Below are positions 54,411-64,000 of a stretch of 64,000 nt of DNA, piece by piece (the first letter of the stretch is position 1; the number at the start of each line of letters is the position of its first letter). The stretch is from Sphagnum compactum (lineage: Eukaryota): positions 9,858,001-9,922,000 of the forward strand of contig OZ234494.1 in NCBI GenBank assembly GCA_965153455.1. Direction: 5' to 3'. Below the pieces are notes generated by a model that worked only from the letters and a program-made list of their open reading frames with translations, did not search any database and was not told the origin of the DNA. A program made the position numbers and the translations under genes.

Positions 54411-55599
54411 ATCTACACCACCTCAATCATAGGACTAAATCCATCCATTAGGTATATAGCTACTACTACGGGAGGTAAAACAAATATGAAATGAATATGT
54501 CAAAGTTTGAGGAGAGTTTGCTTATCTTTCGCCAATTTAAATCTTCAAAGCTTCTCAAGCATCATTTTTTTGACTATACATCACACGTTGGTTTCAAACA
54601 ATAGGGGTTGTTCATGTGCAAGCTTAAATTACCTAAAATGGTTTGAGTTTCTCTATTGTCTACATCCAAGCTCTAGAAATCATTTGTTGCATTGACTTCC
54701 ATGTGTGCAAAATTTAGCTATGGTAGTTTTGTTGCAAGATGGACAACAAATGAAACCTTCTCTACACAACCAATTGCAAGAACAAGTTCACTGAAAGTGT
54801 GATAATTTATTTGAACATTATGTTCAAATACATTAAGGGACAAAGACATTTACAAAACCCTTGAGAACATTAAACTCCATGGGCATGTGGTGGTCTTTAG
54901 TCTTGTAGAATTGGAGGTTGTAACATTAGTCGTTGGAACCTCTATTGGATTAGTAAGCAATGATGTTGTATTCTTTACCAAATATCCATTTTAAATATTT
55001 GGTGCAAAGCATATGGATGTCAAAAAAATGGTGTCCCTCACTAAGTTCCAAGCATCACCAATCAACCAACAAAAAAAACCCGATTCTGTTAAATTGATGC
55101 ATTGAAGATGTAAGTAATGTTTTTCTACCAACTTTCTTTGAAAGAAGATTATGCCAAAGATGCCTTGCAAACTATAATGCAAAATCCAACTCCCATATTG
55201 TGCCCAAATATGCAATTGGCCTCCCACCGAAAAATTAACTTGAAGGGGATTTGAACACCAATTTCAAAGGGATCATGCCTGCTATAGCTCAAGCTACCTA
55301 ACCTACACCCAAACCCATGGTAGTAAACAAAAAAAAGGTACAAGCAATAACCAAATGCATGTGTTTCACTTGAAAAATGACCAAAAAATAAAATTGAAAT
55401 CACATTAATAGATGTATAGACTTATAAATGTCATGAGTCATACATATTTTTGAAATTTGAGGTTCATTAAAAAAAATTGTAGGGGTTAATACACTACCAA
55501 AATCAAACCAACAAGGTGAACATACACTAACAACCCATAAAAACCTTTAGCTAGCTAAATAAAAAATTGATATACTAAAATTAATCATGAAACCTATTA

Positions 55600-58260
55600 T
55601 ATGGATGTGGTTGTCATTCCAATCACACATTATAGTGTAAAAAGAAAAGGTAACCATCCTATAAAATTTCTAAATGTACGTACAAACAACCAAATCAAGA
55701 TGAGTCATCAAGTGATTTCACTACCTTGTTTTCATGAAAACAAGATTGGAAAAAGTATGTTCATCTTCTGTGTTGCCCAACACCATAACCATGTAAAGTT
55801 TGACCAACTTCAACTGTTTAGATATTGTTAGTTTAAACTCCATTAGTTCCAAGTTTTTCCCCCGAGTGTGTTGTAAGGTTGCAATCATGGGGAGGTGCCA
55901 TCACACCTTAACATTGGTTTTGCATTGTTAGCTTGAAAAAAAAAAAGACTGTTGGATTAGTAAAATAGGGTCTAAAATTGGCCCAACAATTATGTTAGGG
56001 TTCCCTAACGCCTTCAAGTTGAGATGCCCAAAATGTGCCAAAAGAATTGCCATGTGTCTAGGAAATGTTAGCTTTGCCTTTAAAGCCAATCAATATTATG
56101 GATAAATTATGCTAGAGTAACATTCAACAATTCATGTGTTGGAAATCATTTCTCCAACTATGTTATAAGACTAGTAGCAACTTTGGAACATTAGCCCTTC
56201 ATAGATTCTACTATTTCAACCCAAATATTTTTGGTGACCATGCTCATAACAACAATGACTAAATTGGTGGCATGAAACATATACATTGGTAGCATCCCAA
56301 AAAAAGGTAGTTTAATCCATCTAATATGCAAGTTGTTTCCACCAATTCAAGCAAAAAAATCAATGCAATGGTCCACAAGCTCAAAGAAAAGTCTAAAGTG
56401 GTGAGGGGAGAACCTTGTGCTAGTATTGTAATACATAGCAAAAAGACCTACTTCAACTAACTTGACAATAGTGACAAAGTCACAAATGAAAGCTTGTTGT
56501 GATTTGTCCAAACTTGGACAATCCTTACACTACTTTGAACAAGGGAAGAATATGAGAGAGAACTAACAATGTTTCAACATCATGCAATAGTTCATAGTTA
56601 ACTTTGGCATTTCCAATAATGACATTGTTTTGAGCCATCTTCACAACCAAAGTTTTGTATTCAACCAAGACTCTCTTGTATAATGACATATCATCGAAAT
56701 CCAATGTGTTTTCACATTTTTCAAGTTTATGTTACCCTTCCATTCTAACAATTTAACAACCTTATTTAGCTCAAGTTGCCACTTAAGGTTGTGAGCAAAA
56801 TAATTGTACACGAATGAGAGTAAGGATTTAATTTTTTTCAAACCACTTAAGGTTTGAACAACAAGGTTTGTATGGTGTGCCATGCAGTGCACCCCACTAG
56901 AACATATAGGTCATGTTTTTGCATCAATTGAGTGGTGACACCATATTTGACACCCTAAAAAATAGTAACCCATCTACTCTAAGACAAACCAATTTGTTGG
57001 CAACATCTATTTCACTTATGCCCCCCTAATCAACAAGGCTTTGCATAATAAAAAATGTTAGATTGTCAAATGTGTTCCATCCATTACCTTTTGCAAATTG
57101 AACAAAATATTGGAATTTTGTTTCCATTTTTTAATCACATAAACATGGCCAACAACCAATTTTTGTTGTCAATTGTTATGACATCATCACAGACTATTCA
57201 AGTACACTAAGAGAAAAATGGATATTAACGACTTGTCTAATGCAACTACACTTGTCTTATGCAACTTATTTTTAGTAATAGTTGCATAAAACAAATGTAG
57301 TTGCATTAGACAAGTCATTAAAATAGTTGCATAAGACAAGTGTAATTGCATTAGATAAGTCATTAATATCCATTTTTCTTCTAGTGATATATGTTGATTT
57401 CTACACCACAATTCTAGTGATGGCTCATATAAAATATTACATGAATTTTTTCTACCATTGTCCAACTAGTATAATTAGAGCAATACTTGTGGGAGCAATT
57501 TTCAACCTTGAGAAATTGAAAAATAACCTTGAAATTTTCAAAGCTTGTCATTGAATAACCTTTTGGAGTAGATGCCAAATTGAAGGAATTTCTTATTTTG
57601 CTTTGCCTTACCTTAATTTGCAACTTGTGTAGCAATTGTGTTTTGGCCTATAGACCCGTACAACCTTTCATTTTTCATATGTTGGAACATAGGACGCATG
57701 AAATATTCCCCCACAACAATTCCATTCGTGGCCACTATGCACTTTTTTGAACCTAAATGCTTCACTAATAATCAAGCTTTAGCACTAATAACTTATTTTT
57801 CCTTTCAATTATAGAGTAGATTTTACACCTTACTATCCTCATCCTACCATTTTTTACATAAACATGTTTGGAACATGTAAACCTTACCACTAAGTGATCT
57901 TCATAAATTTTATTCACCTTCAATTACACCTTCTTCTTCTTTGGTGCTTCATTGCAACCACCAAGTTGTGTAGGACCTCCAAAAACGATATCAACTCAAG
58001 TAAAATTTTATCTTTCCTTTTCAAAGATGCTACAAGGGGTGTGGGTGAAAGATTATCAAATGGATTATTGGACGAGAGAAATTCTTTAAACATAACATCT
58101 TCATATTCAATGTAGCTACAAGAAGGGTTGGTCAATTTGGACTTGGAAAAGAAAAACCAAAATTCAAAATTGACAAGAGGTTTCAAGGGCACCATGGCTA
58201 GGAGAAGAAAACAAGGATACACAAAGTTCAATTGCAACATGGTGTGCAACACTGAGAATG
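55600..58260 (-). mobile_element. Decayed hAT transposase (ZNF862-like/DUF4371 type with hAT dimerization domain)
   Basis: Minus-strand remnants in the expected order: VRCKIYSIIERKNKLLVLKLD; GYSMTSFENFKVIFQFLKV..WTMVEK; CDDVITIDNKNW (first catalytic Asp region); VCLRVDG; HCMAHHTNLVVQTLS (CxxH motif); KNVKTHWISM (TRW-like); MVMVLGNTEDEHTFSNLVFMK..HLDLVV (dimerization domain). Many stops and frameshifts. Confidence 0.87.
57205..57386. mobile_element. CACTA-type foldback MITE nested in the hAT transposase remnant
   Basis: Starts CACTA and ends TAGTG, with inverted arms of about 60 bp. Flanks gta and ata form a degenerate 3-bp TSD. Confidence 0.8.
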
Positions 58261-61200
58261 AAAACATAAGTGATGAATGAAAATAAATTCAACTACAAGT
58301 AAATTGAACATAAGGAAATTTGAAAGCAAAAGTAAAAAATGCACACAAATTGGGTAAGTAAGAAAATTTGATTATGCAAGGAATTGGGTAGAAACAAATC
58401 ATGGCATGCAATCTCTACATGCAAGAAAATTGAGCAAAATCAAATCTAATATAGATCACACTTATTAAACCCAAAGGAATATAGATCACATAAATCAAAC
58501 CCAAATGATCATGAATAAATCAAAAAAATTGGAGACATTGAAAGGGCTATTATAGGTCACAAGTAGAACTTTTGAACTTTTGTAGGTAGAATATAAACAA
58601 ATGAGTGCAAAAAATTGTTAAAATTATAAGTGCAAGAAGCTCTTAAGTCTTGATAGGCTCTAACACAAGTTTTCAATGGATTTTGATGGTCATCATGAAC
58701 ACAAAGTGCAAAGAGGAAAAACGTTTATAGACATGCAACAACAAGAATATTGTTGAACAAAAGAACTTGTGCCATTATGTGCTCCTCTTGATCCACTTGC
58801 CACCACTCCAAGAATCTAATCCTAAACACAAACCCAATGGAAATAAAGTTATTACAAGTACAAAACAACTCAAGTTTACACAAAACCAAACTTGGAACAA
58901 AGGAAATTTTTCAAAGGACAACAATAAACCCAAATCAATCTTGTACCTTGCATTAAACATATTGTAAATCTTGTATTTGAAGATATGAAATCCATTGTAA
59001 ACTAACAAATTGCAAAGAAGGTTTGCTTAACTAAATTAATGTTAAGCCAATTAAAAATAAGATGGCCAAAAAAAAAACCCAAACACAAAATTGCATCTAG
59101 TGGTGATTACATATCTACACATCACATCAATGTTGCTAATGGTGACAACTCAAATGGAGTGGAGCTATGAGAGAAGAAAAGTGCAAATATAAATTATGGC
59201 ATCTAACAACATATGTGTGTCAATGGAGATGCACCAAATCTTTGACTTATGTACGTTCAACAATTACAAGGTTTGTAAATCATTGACTTGTGGTGACTTG
59301 GACAAGATTTGATTGTCCAAATCCTTTAGGGTGATTCACATGGCATTTGTTTTGTCACCATGGTGTGAAAAATTGCCAAAAAAAATTTGGAATACATCAC
59401 ATTTTCAATAGTAACTTCATTTTAAAACATGTAAATTTGAATAGGGGTTATGTTTGTGCAAGGTTGTGGTATGTGTTAATGTGTTTGCACTTGGAATCAT
59501 TTCCTTCAATCTAGAAATACCAATTTGAATTAAAACATAATAACTCATCTTTGTTCACATTCGTATCCATATATATTATTTCATGTTTCATGTAATGAAA
59601 ATTTGTTGTTTAGATACAATGTTTTTCATTTTTTTCATATCTTTGGTTCTTGTGTGTGATGGGATTATGTTTTGTTTTATCTCATTCTAATTTGTTGTAT
59701 CTTTTATGCCCATTATAAGATTTTTTGTGCTAGTGACAATTTGATCAAATGCACTCATCAAGCATATTCAAATGGTAGTTTTGAATCATATCTATTTTAG
59801 AAGATAAAACTTGTTTTCTCCATGGAGAGAAAAAAATTATTGTTTTTTAAACATATGAAAATTTAAAAGCAAACCCTTCATGAATACATTACACATAATT
59901 TACAAATTATCAATTTAAACCATGGTGGCATGTTTTCACAACACAAAAACGTGATTTAAAACAACTATGAATCAACTTCATAAATAGGTTTGATGGCATG
60001 TGTTCAAAAATATGCAACTTTAGGACTGGAACATGTTTAATCATTCAACTCGACCATCTTAAAAAAACATGAAATGATAACCAACACTACAAAACAATCA
60101 AATTTCAAGATTGAAAATCAAGTATGGTTTCATGAATAACATACCAATAATTAAAATGATAAAACTTTGAAAAAAGTTAAACCAATAGTAACTTGGTTCA
60201 TATTAATGTTTGGTACTTATTAGAAACAAAAAATACTCTTTGATGGCTATGAAGGTGGTTTTTAAGATTCACAACCATGGTTTTCAAAAAATCAAATAAC
60301 TTGTTTTGGTATGTAAGCACATATTTCAATTTTTTAAAAGAAAATCAAATAGCTGATTATGAAACTATCAAAATTTTGCAATTTTGTTCATAAAGACCAT
60401 GGGTTTTTAATCGTTTTTGAAATAATAAATACCTATGGTTCCTTGATTTAAATCATTTTTAGAAATTGGAACAATGTTTTTTGCCGAAGGAAATTAGTTC
60501 CATTTTTTCCAAATTACATGCAAAAAAATAGGGTGCAACTTAATAAATAAAATAAATTTTATAATTCACTTCAATGTACATAGTTTGTCACAAATTGGAT
60601 GATGAAAATATACCTAAATATCTAGAATATATTTGTTTAATAAAATATTCTTTTAATATTTCATTTTTTCATAGCATGCAAAATTACTATTTTATATAAG
60701 ATAATGCTTCATAAAATAAAAAAAGAATAAACTCCCCAATGTTCTTTGAATATGGAATATTCAAAAATCCAAAAAAAAAGTGGTTTTTGAAAAATTCAAA
60801 TACCTTACACCAAGGTCAATTTCATCATCAAATATTTTTTAAAATAATGAAATGAATTTTTTGTGTAAATATGAAGTTGACGTGTTGAAATCCATCATAA
60901 TTATTGCTATTACATCTAAATAATTTCACTCTTCATATGAAAATATAATGGTAGATTGTGAAAATATGAAAATTCAAATTTACAAAAATAAAAATTTTCA
61001 AAAAAAAAATTGTTTGTCTTGTCAATGTGGAAGCTAACCTTAGACTATGGTAACCACACAATATTAGTTCATACTTCATACACCAACCATGGACAAACAA
61101 ATATTGTGATATTTTGAATCCAATTTACCATTTGATGAAGATTCAACATATATTTCACATTTTTCTCTAAAATCTTTTTGTGTGTTAACAATCACACTAG

Positions 61201-63511
61201 AAATTCAAGATCACCTTCACCAAATGAAGTCATTGAAGATGAAAGTATGATGGCAAACAAGGTTTTAAGTTCAAGGTGTCAAGTTTTAAATACCTTATGT
61301 ATTAATGAAGTTATAATGCTATGCACGTATACGGAAACCAAAACATCATTTTACCAATGCTTCCAAAAAGCTTCATGAATCCCACCTACAATATCCATGC
61401 AAGCTTTATGTTGCTCTTGTGGAATTCATTAGAGAGAGAGGTGGTTTCACAAATGACATTACATGACTTTATCATAACATTATAAAACTACAAACAATTA
61501 GTTATAATGGTTGTAGCTTGTTAAGATAGTTCATATGATAGTTTATGTAGTTAGCTTGTGATCTATGGACAAAATTTTCGATCTTTGTTTATTAGCTCTG
61601 TCCATAGGGAAGAGACTATGCATTTGTGTAGGGTTTGGACTTGGGGATAAAATTTTGGTTCACTTATTGGCCAATGTGGAGGTGACAAGTGTTCATAGAA
61701 TGAAAATTTTTAGATGGATGTAATTTTTCATGTTTGGGGTGGATGCATCAATACATAATGAAAGGTAGAGCCATTATGCGATGAGCTGCTTGTTTCATTC
61801 TTAATGGACGAAATTCATTCATTACTAGCAATTTCCTTTAATAATGAATATTTTGAAAAAAATTCAAGAATATTTTTAAATTCATTTACTTTATGGAAGA
61901 TTGTAAGAAAGCTTCCATGGACTGCCTCCCCATAGGTATTATACATATGTTGTGCAACAAATAATACCCTTCAACTAGGTTGCAATATGATGTTGCAACC
62001 CAACTTTTGTGTCCATCTTTCATGTTTTTTCATGTCATGAAGACTTTCCATTTGGGCATGTGTTTGTGCATGGTTAGGATTATGTTAAAGCTCAATGTGT
62101 TCTAGTTTGTCATATTTCTCAAGCCTAAGACAAATAGAATGAGAAAATGTTTTGTAATGTCCGTTGTAGTGATTGTTTTTTGGTGGCAAGTTTTTGCTAT
62201 TTTGCAATTTTTTTTGGGAAAAGAAACCTTGGAAAAATGCGGGTTCCCAATGTGAGAAAACACATATGGTCCCCCACTTCCCCACTTCACTGAAAGTTGC
62301 TTGTTTTGTTTTCACATGAACTTGCTCCCTTGGCTTCATTTGGTGCAAATCGTTTACATGGTTCCAAATCACAATGTATGTATCAAAGACTATGCAATTG
62401 AAACAAGGGTGATAGATGTAGAGAACTTGGGGTTTAGTGTGACTTTTTTGGTCCAGCTGGAGGTCCAATAATTATCAGATCTAAAACCCAATTGCAACAT
62501 GTGATGCATAAATTTTGAGCTCTCCAATTTTGCTTGCTCTATGCAGAAAGTGTTTTGAGTTGATAGCTATCACAAAGATGAAAGGGTTGGCACTTAGTTA
62601 CATGACCAAAAAAAATCCTCAAAAAGAACAGAAGTAATGAAAATCATTCAGGAAAAAAAAGTCATTTGGGATTTGCAAAATGGTAAGCAAGGGATCAATC
62701 CCCAAATCCCCACATATGGTGCAAGAGATTGCAAGAGCACCCCTTAGTAAGATAATATGACATTTCCACAGTTCATGGTATGGCTTTTGTATGGCTTTTG
62801 TCATCAGCCAGTGTCACTAATACCAATCCAGATACCGCTCCCTCCCAACACGGTCTTCCATAAGCTGGAAATCTACATCACAACTGGGCTCCCTTTTTGT
62901 GAAAATTTACCTCTGTTTGAAGAGATAAGGAGCTGAAGTCAAAACTCAAAGCAGTCCCCAAGCAGCAATACAAGGCTGTGCAGCTATAGGAAAATTTCTC
63001 AAGCTGACATAGTCAGAGTAGATGTCTGGACATCAGCTACAGGTGCCAAAGAACTTGAGAGGCTGCAGTTCTCATCTGTGACAAAATTCAGAACACAGAA
63101 GCTCCACACAATGTGTTACACTGCCTCTGCAGACTGAGATTTTAGCAGTTCAGGACTGTAGAAAAAATGAATCATTCCAAGATGCATCTCCAGCCATGAT
63201 AAATGAAATTCAAGTACAATGTCTGCTTTGTAGGCCATCAGAGCATGATCCTTGATTCTCCTCAACAGCATCTTTCTTCTGAAACCATTTGTGCAGTAGC
63301 CGGTCAGGGCATGAGGCTCAAGAAGTTATTGCAGCTACGATGAGGTGTGGACCACAGAAGAATGGATCAAGTCTGGAGACATTAATGATTGAGAAGAACT
63401 GGCACCTGAGGTTTATAATTCTAAAACACAAATCTTACAAGAACCTGTAAATGATATTCAAAAGTGGTTGTGAGGAAGTAGCTCTACCAGCATCCAAATG
63501 TGAAGAACAGA

Positions 63512-64000
63512 TCAAAAGGGTTTCAACTTTTTACAGGACTTCTTGCAAACAGGTGAGCTTGGTCTCCAAGAAAGTGAGGACTCTGTGTCTGATGAGCTCC
63601 CATCTCTTGACGGTGCTCTCACATGCTTTGAGTAGCCCCTCGCATTCTTTTGGTGACTGTTCTCTTCCTCAAATCTGGAAGGTCTTGACACTTTCTCAAC
63701 CTCTTGCTCCTGGCTAATAGATGGCAATGAGGTGGCCACTGCTATTGTATCATCAAGGAGCAAGCTGAGCACATGGTTCGAAGTCCGTGTTCCACCAGAA
63801 GGAAACAAAGTCTGAGAAGCACGGGCAAGGTCATCACTACTGCAGCCTGTCTGCTCAGGTGGGTTTGGCGACGATTGATCCCCACCTTCTTCCAGTCCCT
63901 CTCCTTCTTTTCCTGAACTCTTGTCAGATGTTACAACCGATGACCCAGGTATAACAGGTGACTGTGCACGTATCTGCACCAATCGCATCAGAGCAGCTCT
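63512..64000 (-). CDS. Probable 3' terminal exon of a gene running in from beyond the window; Ser/Gly/Glu-rich, function unknown
   Basis: The frame is open from the window edge to the stop at 63512 (over 160 codons) and is GC-richer than its flanks. No recognisable domain. Confidence 0.5.
   Translation of the reverse strand, partial: RAALMRLVQIRAQSPVIPGSSVVTSDKSSGKEGEGLEEGGDQSSPNPPEQTGCSSDDLARASQTLFPSGGTRTSNHVLSLLLDDTIAVATSLPSISQEQEVEKVSRPSRFEEENSHQKNARGYSKHVRAPSRDGSSSDTESSLSWRPSSPVCKKSCKKLKPF

Overview
This is eukaryotic land-plant nuclear DNA. The repeat landscape and gene style look bryophyte-like, probably a moss such as Sphagnum (inference, not proven). Four intact spliced genes can be reconstructed with GT-AG junctions and consistent reading phase: a divergent SLAC1/SLAH-family anion channel with a very long N-terminus (+, 6728-9832, 3 exons), a DUF2985/PLAC8 membrane protein (-, 20533-18369, 2 exons), cytosolic SRP54 (-, 28670-25528, 9 exons) and an EF-hand NDB1-type alternative NAD(P)H dehydrogenase (-, 33304-30543, 4 exons). 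The 3' end of a possible fifth gene is cut by the right edge. The rest is AT-rich and full of transposon debris: a decayed Ty1/copia element with a probable half-tRNA primer site, a decayed hAT transposase carrying a nested CACTA MITE, many CAG-ended non-autonomous hAT elements with 8-bp TSDs (some stacked at one target site upstream of the channel gene), Harbinger-like MITEs and several minisatellites. I found no rRNA, tRNA or CRISPR features, and no new biological system is demonstrated. The best leads are the atypical channel locus, the half-tRNA-primed copia element and the serial hAT insertion stack.
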